Below, piece after piece: positions 1-7,378 of a stretch of DNA of 64,000 bases (its first letter is position 1; every line of letters begins with the position of its first letter). This stretch comes from Candidatus Nealsonbacteria bacterium (GTDB lineage: Bacteria > Patescibacteriota > Minisyncoccia > Minisyncoccales > PWPS01). The stretch spans positions 14,728-78,727 of the forward strand of contig PWHW01000006.1 in the NCBI GenBank assembly GCA_003555075.1, written 5' to 3'. The notes beneath the pieces were generated by a model. It had not been told where the DNA came from and ran no database searches. It saw only the letters and a program-made list of their open reading frames with translations. A program made the translations under genes and the position numbers.

Positions 1-114
1 CTGCTTATCGTTATTGCGTTCTCGGCATTAATTTACTCACTGGCGTTAAGAAGTAATTTCTCTTTTGAAAGATATTGGGAGTTAACAGCAAGAAAAATAA
101 AAAGTCTTTTTTAA
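1..114 (+). CDS. 3' end of an upstream gene (partial), hydrophobic C-terminus
   Basis: Frame 1 is open from the window edge to TAA at 112-114 (LLIVIAFSALIYSLALRSNF...). No start is visible and the function is unknown. Confidence 0.3.
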   Translation: MLIVIAFSALIYSLALRSNFSFERYWELTARKIKSLF

Positions 115-123
115 CCAAAGAAC

Positions 124-1827
124 ATGTCTAAAAATAATAATCAAAAACAATTTCTCAAAAAGGCAGTGCCGCTTTTTTGCGCTCTCTTTTTACTTTTTCT
201 TGCGGAAGGATCCGTTCACTCCGAAGAAATGTGTGAAGTGGATACCGATGCAGTCATTATAATGGATATTTCCGGGAGTATGAACGAAGGAGAAAGGAGG
301 AGTAAATGCGAATGGCCGGAAGCTAAATGGTACGAGGAAGAGGGATTCTATACATGGTTCCGTAATGTGAAATATGATGTTTCCAAGGAATGGTGCGAGG
401 AAGAAATGAGCGATCCCGATGAAAGCATAATTACCTATAGCAGAACGGACCATAATTACACTCCCGCAAGAAGTACAAAGATCGTTGATGCCAAAGAGGC
501 GGCAGACAATTTTCTAGGCCATTTTCAAGAAAGCGACCATTCCGCCCTTGTTTCTTTCAATGAAAAAGCAGATCTTAAAAAAGAGCTTTCAGGCGACCAT
601 TCTTTAACGCGTTCCTTTTTGGAGAAATTGACCGCCGAAGGATCAACCAATATCGGGGACGCAATAAAGAAAGGAAACGAAGAGCTTTCTTCTCCCCGCG
701 CGAGAGAAGAAGCAACTAAGGTAATGATACTCCTTACGGACGGAAAAGCGAACAAACCCCACGGACCGGGACACGGAGAATACCAAGAAGATGTCGATTA
801 CGCTCTGGGAAAAGCACAAATAGCCGCTCAAATGGGATATAAAATATTTACTATCGGCTTAGGAGAAAAGGAGGAAATAAACGAAGAAATGCTCCAAGAG
901 ATAGCCGATCTAACCGGGGCAAATTATTATCATGCTCCGGAAGGAAAAGATCTAAAAGAAATATACGAAACAATAGCTTGGGAGATATGCCGTTACGGAG
1001 CAATATCGGGCTATAAGTACCTTGATGAGGAGCTTGACGGGATGGTTGGAGAGGAAGATAAGGCTTTGCCCGGATGGGAAATAATTCTGGAGGGTCCCGT
1101 AAGCGCTGCAACCACTACCAATGAAGAGGGTTTTTATGTTTTTACAGGACTCCTTCCGGGAGAATACAAAATTCTAGAGGGAGAGAACGAGGAGAAAAGA
1201 CCGTTTCTCCAAACATATCCGGAAGAACTCTTCCACAAAGTATCCTTAGATTACGGAAAAAATAAGGAGGAATTGAATTTCGGAAACGCCGATAGCTCTC
1301 TTTGCCAAAAAAAAGAAATTTCCAGTATCTGCATAGATGACGGATCAAGGGAAATTTTCTATTCATACAACCACGATTACTGCGGAGAGGATCACTCTAT
1401 CGTGATAGAGGACGATACATGCAAAAAGGAAGAAACTTCCGTAAAGAGGAGCCGGGGAAGCACGAGAACCGCTCCTGCACCAAAAGAGGAAGAGGAGGAG
1501 GAAAAAGAAGAAGAAGAGGAAGAGGAAGAAGTGTTTGAGCCCGAGCCGGAGGAAGAGGAAACTCCTCCCGAAGAAAGGATCGTTAGAATGCCTACGGAAG
1601 TTCCTGCAGGAATAACCAAAAAAACCCTTTCTTACAGCAAGCCGCAAGACCACAGCGTATCACCCTTTTCTTTTGCCTTAGAATATTGGGAGAAAACCCT
1701 CTCCTCCTCCTTCCTGAACCCTCTTAAAAATCGTTCCTATCTACAGGAGTTCTTTACCGCAATTCTCATCAAAAACGAGAGAAGATTCTTTGAAGAGGTG
1801 TTCGTGAACGGCAATCTTGTTCAGTAA
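124..1827 (+). CDS. Secreted/anchored von Willebrand factor A (VWA) domain protein with Cna-B/SdrD-like fold and poly-Glu spacer
   Basis: N-terminal hydrophobic signal (AVPLFCALFLLFLAEG). MIDAS-type motifs DISGSM, GSTNIGDAI and ILLTDGKAN. Cna-B-like motif TTNEEGFYVFTGLLPGEYKILEGE. E-rich tract around nt 1486-1560. Confidence 0.8.
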   Translation: MSKNNNQKQFLKKAVPLFCALFLLFLAEGSVHSEEMCEVDTDAVIIMDISGSMNEGERRSKCEWPEAKWYEEEGFYTWFRNVKYDVSKEWCEEEMSDPDESIITYSRTDHNYTPARSTKIVDAKEAADNFLGHFQESDHSALVSFNEKADLKKELSGDHSLTRSFLEKLTAEGSTNIGDAIKKGNEELSSPRAREEATKVMILLTDGKANKPHGPGHGEYQEDVDYALGKAQIAAQMGYKIFTIGLGEKEEINEEMLQEIADLTGANYYHAPEGKDLKEIYETIAWEICRYGAISGYKYLDEELDGMVGEEDKALPGWEIILEGPVSAATTTNEEGFYVFTGLLPGEYKILEGENEEKRPFLQTYPEELFHKVSLDYGKNKEELNFGNADSSLCQKKEISSICIDDGSREIFYSYNHDYCGEDHSIVIEDDTCKKEETSVKRSRGSTRTAPAPKEEEEEEKEEEEEEEEVFEPEPEEEETPPEERIVRMPTEVPAGITKKTLSYSKPQDHSVSPFSFALEYWEKTLSSSFLNPLKNRSYLQEFFTAILIKNERRFFEEVFVNGNLVQ

Positions 1828-1909
1828 CCCCACCCTCTTTGCCGGAGCATAAGGCAAACCAACAACAACACCCAAAACTCATTGTATGAAGCTAAAAAGG
1901 TAATAGAAT

Positions 1910-1937
1910 AAAAAAACTTCCCTATAAGGGAAGTTTT
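1910..1937. terminator. Bidirectional intrinsic terminator
   Basis: 7-bp stem ACTTCCC/GGGAAGT with loop TATAA, flanked by an A-run upstream and a T-run downstream. It lies after the VWA gene (+) and after the 45-aa ORF (-). Confidence 0.7.
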
Positions 1938-2073
1938 AATTCTCATCATTCTTTTCTTCTCCCAATGTTTCCACGGGAAGATCGCAAGGAGCACTCTTTC
2001 TTTTCAACTCTTCCATTTCAGCTTTCAGAACCGCCTCATCCTCTATTCCGGCAAGCCAAGAACTCAAACACAT
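1936..2073 (-). CDS. Small acidic protein, 45 aa (below ORF-track cutoff)
   Basis: ATG is preceded by AAAAGGAGGT at an 8-nt spacing. Its own TTGACA-17-TAGGGT promoter lies upstream and a terminator lies immediately downstream. Peptide: MCLSSWLAGIEDEAVLKAEMEELKRKSAPCDLPVETLGEEKNDEN. Confidence 0.4.
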   Translation of the reverse strand: MCLSSWLAGIEDEAVLKAEMEELKRKSAPCDLPVETLGEEKNDEN

Positions 2074-2100
2074 GCATATCACCTCCTTTTTGTGGAAAAT

Positions 2101-2129
2101 ACCCTACCCCTTTTTCTCTTTCTTGTCAA
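2101..2129 (-). promoter_or_regulatory. Sigma-70-like promoter for the 45-aa ORF
   Basis: Minus strand reads TTGACA (2129-2124), 17-nt spacer, TAGGGT (2106-2101). Confidence 0.45.
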
Positions 2130-2138
2130 GAATCAATA

Positions 2139-2167
2139 TTGAAGAAATTTGAAAAAAGTGTTATAAT
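2139..2167 (+). promoter_or_regulatory. Sigma-70-like promoter for the 30-aa mini-gene
   Basis: TTGAAG (2139-2144), 17-nt spacer, TATAAT (2162-2167). Confidence 0.55.
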
Positions 2168-2196
2168 AAAAGCACTTACGGAAAGGAGGTTCTTTG

Positions 2197-2289
2197 ATGA
2201 AAAAAGAGAAAATAATGCCCATGATCGGGATCATACAAGGATTATGCCTCATAGGAATAGGTATATACTTTGTCATTTCCTCGATATAA
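2197..2289 (+). CDS. Small hydrophobic membrane peptide, 30 aa
   Basis: AGGAGG at 2184-2189 lies 7 nt before the ATG. Peptide MKKEKIMPMIGIIQGLCLIGIGIYFVISSI has a basic N-terminus plus one TM-length hydrophobic stretch. It has its own promoter and terminator. Confidence 0.5.
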   Translation: MKKEKIMPMIGIIQGLCLIGIGIYFVISSI

Positions 2290-2303
2290 GAAAACAAGAA
2301 CAA

Positions 2304-2331
2304 AGATCCCCGAACACTCGGGGATCTCTTT
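2304..2331 (+). terminator. Intrinsic terminator after the 30-aa mini-gene
   Basis: 9-bp stem AGATCCCCG/CGGGGATCT with a 6-nt loop, followed by a weak T tail (CTTTAT). Confidence 0.55.
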
Positions 2332-2345
2332 ATATGCATATTATC

Positions 2346-2373
2346 TTGACAAATAAAATACAATCAATATAAT
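2346..2373 (+). promoter_or_regulatory. Near-consensus sigma-70-like promoter
   Basis: TTGACA (2346-2351), 16-nt spacer, TATAAT (2368-2373). Confidence 0.6.
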
Positions 2374-2396
2374 GGTCCAATAATCGAGATAGATAT

Positions 2397-2483
2397 ATGA
2401 AAACCCACCCGAAAAACATTCTCCTTATTGTGCTTATTATCATCCTTGAGGGATACTCGGGAGGTTTTCGCATGATCCAATAA
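2397..2483 (+). CDS. Small hydrophobic peptide, 28 aa (or a non-coding small transcript)
   Basis: ATG lies about 17 nt downstream of the predicted TSS and there is no clear SD. Peptide MKTHPKNILLIVLIIILEGYSGGFRMIQ. A strong terminator follows. Confidence 0.35.
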   Translation: MKTHPKNILLIVLIIILEGYSGGFRMIQ

Positions 2484-2513
2484 ATAAAATAAAGAAAGGA
2501 AAAACAAGAACAC

Positions 2514-2542
2514 CTCCCGAGAAAACTCTCGGGAGTTTTTTT
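2514..2542 (+). terminator. Intrinsic terminator
   Basis: 9-bp stem CTCCCGAGA/TCTCGGGAG with loop AAAC, followed by a T7 run. Confidence 0.8.
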
Positions 2543-2618
2543 GGTCCCGGACCGGGTTCTTCAAAGAAGGATCCTTCCGGGCCCAAAAGGTCCGCAGATC
2601 AAAAAAGGAGGGATAAAA

Positions 2619-3725
2619 TTGAGGGTAGTTCTTTTTGAAAACTCTTCTGTCATTCAGAGCGCTCCCGAGTTCTCCCTGAGCGGAAATCCGGTAGGATATG
2701 TGAACGGATTCGTGCACATCTCCGAGGAGGAAAAAAGAAAACTCATAAAAGAAGCAAAAAGGATCTGGGAAAAGGCAAGAAAAGGATTTTCGCAAGAGAA
2801 ATTCATCGGACATGTAAGATTTGACATGATACCGGATGTAGAACATTCCTTTCCGAAAAAGAAAACCGATAACGGAAGTATTTCTTACGATCTGGGAAAC
2901 CTTGAGGTAAAGGGATGTTACGAGATCAATGCACAAGATCCGGAATGTGCCGCGGCAGATGCTGCCTTAAAAAAAGCTGTAAAAAACGGCACTCCCCTTG
3001 CCGCAAAAAGACTGGCGGAAATGATGGGATACTTCTTTGGAAAAAAGGAAATTGCTTTCGTGCAAGGAAACGGAGCCGTAAAGAATTGTTGGGGATCATA
3101 TTTCTTTGATGCCTTAAGAAAGGAAGGTCTCAAAACGGTTCCCATGTCCCCGAAAGAAGTGGTAAGCAAAAAACCGGAAGTTATTTGGCGATGGGGAATA
3201 ATCCAATGGAAACAGGATGACGATCTTCCGTGGGATTTCGGAAAATGGCTTCTTAGAGCACAAAACAACTCCACGACAGTAGTGAACCACCTTTTTTCTC
3301 CCCAAGAAACGGCAGTGGACGACAAGAGACTGGTAATGGAAAAAGAAGATGCCACTCTTTCCCAAGAAAACGCTGCATCGGTGATCAAGAATAAAGAAAA
3401 CTATGTTCTAAAACCTCTCCGAGGAGGATCAGGACGCGGAATATATTTTGGAAAGAATCTTACGCAACAAGAATGGGAAAGAGCAGTGAGGTTTGCAATT
3501 TCAAACGGAAATTACGGGGCTTTCAAGGCGAAATGGCTTCCCAAAATAAGACTTGGGAAAGAAAATGTCACACTGGACGCGAATCCCGCCTTTCTTTTTG
3601 ACGGGAAAGAGCTTCACTACCTCTACACCATCATACGCCTTGATAAGTGGGAGAACTACCAACAAAGAGGCGCGATCAATGTAGCTCGCGGAGGGGGCTT
3701 TGCCGGCACGGCAGCAGAAGGGTAA
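2619..3725 (+). CDS. ATP-grasp fold protein of unknown specificity
   Basis: Start re-set to TTG 2619, which has AAGGAGGG 6 nt upstream; the track start at 2541 lies inside the preceding terminator. ATP-grasp-like motifs YVLKPLRGGSGRGIYFG and AINVARGGGF. Confidence 0.55.
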   Translation: MRVVLFENSSVIQSAPEFSLSGNPVGYVNGFVHISEEEKRKLIKEAKRIWEKARKGFSQEKFIGHVRFDMIPDVEHSFPKKKTDNGSISYDLGNLEVKGCYEINAQDPECAAADAALKKAVKNGTPLAAKRLAEMMGYFFGKKEIAFVQGNGAVKNCWGSYFFDALRKEGLKTVPMSPKEVVSKKPEVIWRWGIIQWKQDDDLPWDFGKWLLRAQNNSTTVVNHLFSPQETAVDDKRLVMEKEDATLSQENAASVIKNKENYVLKPLRGGSGRGIYFGKNLTQQEWERAVRFAISNGNYGAFKAKWLPKIRLGKENVTLDANPAFLFDGKELHYLYTIIRLDKWENYQQRGAINVARGGGFAGTAAEG

Positions 3726-3732
3726 GACAAAA

Positions 3733-3764
3733 AAGGGAAGCGACAACGCTTCCCTTCTTTTTTT
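3733..3764 (+). terminator. Intrinsic terminator
   Basis: 10-bp stem AAGGGAAGCG/CGCTTCCCTT with loop ACAA, followed by a T-run. Confidence 0.8.
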
Positions 3765-3816
3765 GCGCCCCTTTTTTTGTTAAACTTGCAAATACTACCC
3801 TTATAACCATAAAGAC

Positions 3817-4878
3817 ATGAAAAAAACCTTAAAACAGCTCATCAAATTAAGAACACTCTCCAGAGAAACAGAAGAGAACGAGAAAGCACTGGAATGGGTA
3901 AAAGAGCAGATACCAACAGGGTACGGAGCAAGAATCAAAAAACACAATGGATATCCTTTGCTTTACGCGGGAAGCGATTCTCCAATGCTCTGCCTTCAGG
4001 CGCATATTGACGTGGTTCCGGGAAACGAGGAACTCTTTTTCCCAAAAGAAGAAAAGGGATTGCTTTACGGAAGAGGAGCTTATGATATGAAATTCGCTAT
4101 TGCATGTTATATAGAGATACTAAAGCGCACTAATCCGGAAAAACATGGCGTAGGACTTCTTCTTACCTCGGATGAGGAAATAGGAGGAGCAAACGGCGTA
4201 GGTGCCGCAATAAAAGAAGGTTACTCCCCTAGTTTCGTCTTTCTTCCGGACGGGGGTGATAACTGGAAATTCGATGTAAAAGCAAAAGGGGCTTGGCATC
4301 TTGAAATAAGCACAAAAGGAAAAGCAGGACACGCCTCGCGTCCATGGGAAGGAGTTTCGGCAATACATAAGCTCCTTGATATCTCAAAAGAGTTAAGATC
4401 CCATTTTACGGAAACAAAAGAGGAGGAATTCAAGCCGACCATCAACATCGGAAAGATAGAGGGAGGAGAAGCCACCAATCAAATTGCCGAAAAGGCTCTT
4501 ATGAAAGTCGATATTAGATTCACAAGCAAAGGTGAAAAAGAGAAGATAGAAAAGATCCTTGATTCCTTAAAGGAAAAATACGAAGGAACAGAGATAAAGG
4601 AAGATGTTTATGCTCCCCCTTTTGAATGCGATGCAAAAAACCCTCACTTCAAAGAGTTCGAGAAAATAGCAAGAGAGCACGGAAAAAGCATCAAGGAAGG
4701 TTTTGCGCATGGAGCAACCGACGCAAGGCATTTTTCGGCGGAGAACATACCCGTAATGGTGATAAAACCGAGAGGCGGAGGGTCGCACTCCAAAAAAGAG
4801 TGGGTGGATCTCAAGGATCTTGATGATTTTTGCAGTACGCTCGAGAAGTTCGTGAAAAAGACAACTAAAAAAAGATAG
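3817..4878 (+). CDS. M20-family metallopeptidase/deacylase (ArgE/DapE/LysK-like)
   Basis: Motifs LQAHIDVVPG, GRGAYDMK, LLLTSDEEIGG and GKAGHAS; size is about 350 aa. Confidence 0.8.
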   Translation: MKKTLKQLIKLRTLSRETEENEKALEWVKEQIPTGYGARIKKHNGYPLLYAGSDSPMLCLQAHIDVVPGNEELFFPKEEKGLLYGRGAYDMKFAIACYIEILKRTNPEKHGVGLLLTSDEEIGGANGVGAAIKEGYSPSFVFLPDGGDNWKFDVKAKGAWHLEISTKGKAGHASRPWEGVSAIHKLLDISKELRSHFTETKEEEFKPTINIGKIEGGEATNQIAEKALMKVDIRFTSKGEKEKIEKILDSLKEKYEGTEIKEDVYAPPFECDAKNPHFKEFEKIAREHGKSIKEGFAHGATDARHFSAENIPVMVIKPRGGGSHSKKEWVDLKDLDDFCSTLEKFVKKTTKKR

Positions 4879-4883
4879 AAATG

Positions 4884-4909
4884 AAAAGAGCCCCAAAAGG
4901 GGCTCTTTC
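4884..4909. terminator. Bidirectional intrinsic terminator
   Basis: Stem AAAGAGCCCC/GGGGCTCTTT with loop AAAA, located between convergent genes. Confidence 0.75.
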
Positions 4910-5063
4910 ACCATCTCCGAAGAGGTAGTCGGCGCGGAATGTATGCCACTCCCGCTTTTGTGCTTTCTCTTAGTTCTTCAACGTTGAGACGTTGCTTCCC
5001 GTTCTCATCCTCTTTCCTCTTTTTTTCTCTTTCCGCTCTCTTGCTTTTCTTTGTAGCAAGCAT
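4908..5063 (-). CDS. Small highly basic protein, 51 aa, unknown function
   Basis: Start re-set to ATG 5063, which is preceded by AAGGAGGGAGG. Peptide MLATKKSKRAEREKKRKEDENGKQRLNVEELRESTKAGVAYIPRRLPLRRW. Confidence 0.5.
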   Translation of the reverse strand: MLATKKSKRAEREKKRKEDENGKQRLNVEELRESTKAGVAYIPRRLPLRRW

Positions 5064-5275
5064 GCTCCTCCCTCCTTTTTTAAATATGGTGAAAAAAAGG
5101 TAGTCCATTATGAAAATTTTGTCAAGCAAAAGAATATTTGCAAAAGATAAGAATATCTGTTAATTTCGCTTAAATAATCACATAGAAGTTCCATGTTTGA
5201 AAAGGTACTTCTTTTATATGCGAATACAAAATCAACAAGCCCTTCTTTTGATGAAAAAAGAAGGGTTTTCTTCTT

Positions 5276-7321
5276 ATGAGCGACAAAAAACCTTATATCC
5301 TCATTTCCGCCGCGACCATTCTTGTTCTTATTTTTTTCTTATTATTCTCATTTGGGCCCTCAAAACCTCTTGAAAATTCCTTGAGAGCAATGATGGGATC
5401 TTTCATTTCTTTTGAAAAAGAAAGTTCAACAGAAATAGAGCTTGAGAGCGTCAAAAAAGAAGATCGCGACGAGGAATTCGCCGGTGACAAGAGTAAAAAG
5501 AAGGAAGAAGAGCAAGCAAAGGAAATCAATTCCGCTACAAAAGAAGCACTTAAAGAGATATCCGGCATAGGCTCGGCCTACTCGGAAAGAATAATGGAAA
5601 GCAGACCCTTTTGCAGCACAAAAGAAATAAAAGAAGTAAGAGGGATCGGCGAAAAGACCCTGCAAAACATAAAGGAAGAAGGGTGGTATGTAGACCCTCC
5701 GCCCGAATGCGTAAAAGAAGAAGGGGAAGAAGAGAGGGAAGAGGAGGAGAAGCAGGAGGAAGAAGAGGGAAAGGAGGAGGAAGGAAAAGAAGGGATAGCA
5801 AAAGAAAAAGAAGGTTCGAAAAAAGATGGTGTAACGCTGACAAGAGAAGAACTTGAAGAGTTGCTGGAACTTGCAAAAAAGGAAAAAGAAAGCACCGAGA
5901 AAAAAGAAGATGAAGAAAGCCTAGAAGAGAAGAAAATAGATATAAACGAAAGTGATAAAAAGGATCTTGAGAGAATAAGCGGAATAGGGCCCGTATATGC
6001 CGAAAGAATAGTCGCGGAAAGGCCCTTTTGTAGCATAAAAGAGCTTGAAAGGGTGAGCGGAATAGGAGAAAAGACAGTGAATGAAATAAAAAAGGGAAAG
6101 GCCGTAATAGTTTCCTGCGATAAAGAAGAAAGCGAAGAGAAAGAGAAAGAAGAAGAAAAGGAAGATGGAGAAAGTCCGAAAGAGGAAAAAGAGGTGATAA
6201 GCGAGCTGGAGAATGAACTCCGCAAAAAGGAAGAGGAAGTGGAAGCGCTCCTCTCAAGAGCAAGTCGTTACGAGAAAAGAGCAAAAGAGATGGAAAAAAG
6301 AAGTAAGACCCTAAAAATGGAAAGGGACAAATGCAGATTCAAGGAACAAGTGAATATAAACGAAGTAAAAAAGGAAGAACTCAAGGAGGTAAAATACATA
6401 GGAGAACATACCGCCGAGAACATAATGGAGTTCTTAAGTAAATCTCCCATAGAATACATGGAAGAGCTGGAAAAAGTGGAAGGAGTGGGAGAGGCAACGA
6501 TCAAAAACATTATAAATGCGGGGTTTTGCGCCGAAAAGAAGGAGGAAGAAGAAGGAAAAGAGGAGGAAGAGAAGAAAAAGGAAGAGGAGAAGAAGGAAAA
6601 AGAGTCAGAAAAAGAAAAAAAGGAACTTATCCTCCTCGGGGAAGAAGGAGTGCAAGCAACACTTTTCAGAAAAGAGGACAAGAGTAAGGAATACCGTATT
6701 ACTATCGGGAAAAGTGGAAGAGAGAAAATAAAAGTAATACCGGATTCTTATATATATTTAGCGACAAAAGAAGGTTTCCTTGGAAAAAGAGACACCATTC
6801 TTATAAAAGAAGACAAGAAGTTGGAGCTCAAATTGAGAAAAGATCCCGGAAACCTTCTGTCAAACCCTTCCTTTGAGGAGTGGGAAGATGAAATACCGAA
6901 AAAATGGAGATCAAGCCACGGGAATATATCACAACCGGAAGGGGGCGGAATGAGAATAGAACACTCCTTCTCCTATTTAGGAGGAGAAGATGACGATCAA
7001 TCTTTTTCCCATCCTTTTGAAGAGGAAGGGGTTAAATATAAAGGAGAGTTGATGGTAAAAGGCACGGGAGATATAAGGATCGGCATAAGAGTTCCCGGAG
7101 ATGATTGGGGAGTAGGAAGATACGGAGAATGGATGAGCGTAAACACAGAGGAGTGGAAGACCGCTTCCTTTGAAATAGAAAAAGAAATAAATCCCGAAAA
7201 AGAGGGTGAATTCCGCATAAGGCATGCCGGATACGGGGTAGAAGGTGATGAGAAGAGCGGGGAACATGAAGGAGCGGATCTTGTTATAAAGGAAGCTTTT
7301 CTCGGCATCAAAAGCCCTTGA
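5276..7321 (+). CDS. Membrane-anchored protein with three ComEA-like (HhH)2 DNA-binding modules, E/K-rich spacers and a C-terminal beta-rich (CBM-like) domain
   Basis: N-terminal TM segment (ILISAATILVLIFFLLFSF). Three copies of INxxxKxxLxxIxGIGxxxAExIxxxRPFxSxxELxxVxGIGEKT, at about nt 5525-5686, 5939-6094 and 6350-6523. C-terminal motif NLLSNPSFEEWE. Confidence 0.75.
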   Translation: MSDKKPYILISAATILVLIFFLLFSFGPSKPLENSLRAMMGSFISFEKESSTEIELESVKKEDRDEEFAGDKSKKKEEEQAKEINSATKEALKEISGIGSAYSERIMESRPFCSTKEIKEVRGIGEKTLQNIKEEGWYVDPPPECVKEEGEEEREEEEKQEEEEGKEEEGKEGIAKEKEGSKKDGVTLTREELEELLELAKKEKESTEKKEDEESLEEKKIDINESDKKDLERISGIGPVYAERIVAERPFCSIKELERVSGIGEKTVNEIKKGKAVIVSCDKEESEEKEKEEEKEDGESPKEEKEVISELENELRKKEEEVEALLSRASRYEKRAKEMEKRSKTLKMERDKCRFKEQVNINEVKKEELKEVKYIGEHTAENIMEFLSKSPIEYMEELEKVEGVGEATIKNIINAGFCAEKKEEEEGKEEEEKKKEEEKKEKESEKEKKELILLGEEGVQATLFRKEDKSKEYRITIGKSGREKIKVIPDSYIYLATKEGFLGKRDTILIKEDKKLELKLRKDPGNLLSNPSFEEWEDEIPKKWRSSHGNISQPEGGGMRIEHSFSYLGGEDDDQSFSHPFEEEGVKYKGELMVKGTGDIRIGIRVPGDDWGVGRYGEWMSVNTEEWKTASFEIEKEINPEKEGEFRIRHAGYGVEGDEKSGEHEGADLVIKEAFLGIKSP

Positions 7322-7325
7322 GTCA

Positions 7326-7360
7326 TCAAAAAACCGCCCCCTAGGGGCGGTCAATCATTT
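7326..7360. terminator. Bidirectional intrinsic terminator (clpB / ComEA-like gene)
   Basis: Stem CCGCCCC/GGGGCGG with loop CTA, an A6 run upstream and a T-rich tail downstream. Confidence 0.75.
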
Positions 7361-7378
7361 TTGCCAATCTTTCTTTAT

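Noticed and set aside
1486-1560. GAG/GAA-rich tandem-like DNA tracts (also at about 62971-63030 and within 5700-6650), considered as microsatellite or repeat elements.
   Set aside because: They are in-frame poly-Glu/Lys coding low complexity within otherwise intact ORFs, not independent repeat elements.
2364-2936. A 190-aa minus-strand ORF in the supplied track.
   Set aside because: It runs antisense through two promoter/terminator units and the 5' end of the ATP-grasp gene. It has a low-complexity F/L/S-rich composition and no SD. I treat it as a shadow ORF.
1936-4878. Interpretation of small ORFs plus ATP-grasp plus M20 as a graspetide-type RiPP cluster or as a LysW/LysX/LysK amino-carrier pathway.
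   Set aside because: The small peptides are hydrophobic TM-like rather than T/S/D/E/K-rich cores, and each has its own terminator. The 45-aa acidic ORF lacks the LysW zinc ribbon and the C-terminal EDWGE-type tail. The ATP-grasp protein is not obviously RimK/LysX-like.
5193-5279. A 28-aa upstream ORF whose TGA overlaps the ATG of the ComEA-like gene, together with a terminator-like hairpin (CCCTTCTTTT/AAAAGAAGGG) directly before that ATG.
   Set aside because: The ORF has no SD and an unremarkable peptide. The hairpin may be regulatory, but the evidence is too thin to call a leader peptide or attenuator.
5550-6284. Long minus-strand ORFs (244 aa and 215 aa) and short + strand K/R-rich ORFs inside the ComEA-like gene.
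   Set aside because: They are antisense or off-frame readings of GA-rich Glu/Lys codon tracts. The L/S/F-rich or R/K-rich composition is typical of shadow frames.
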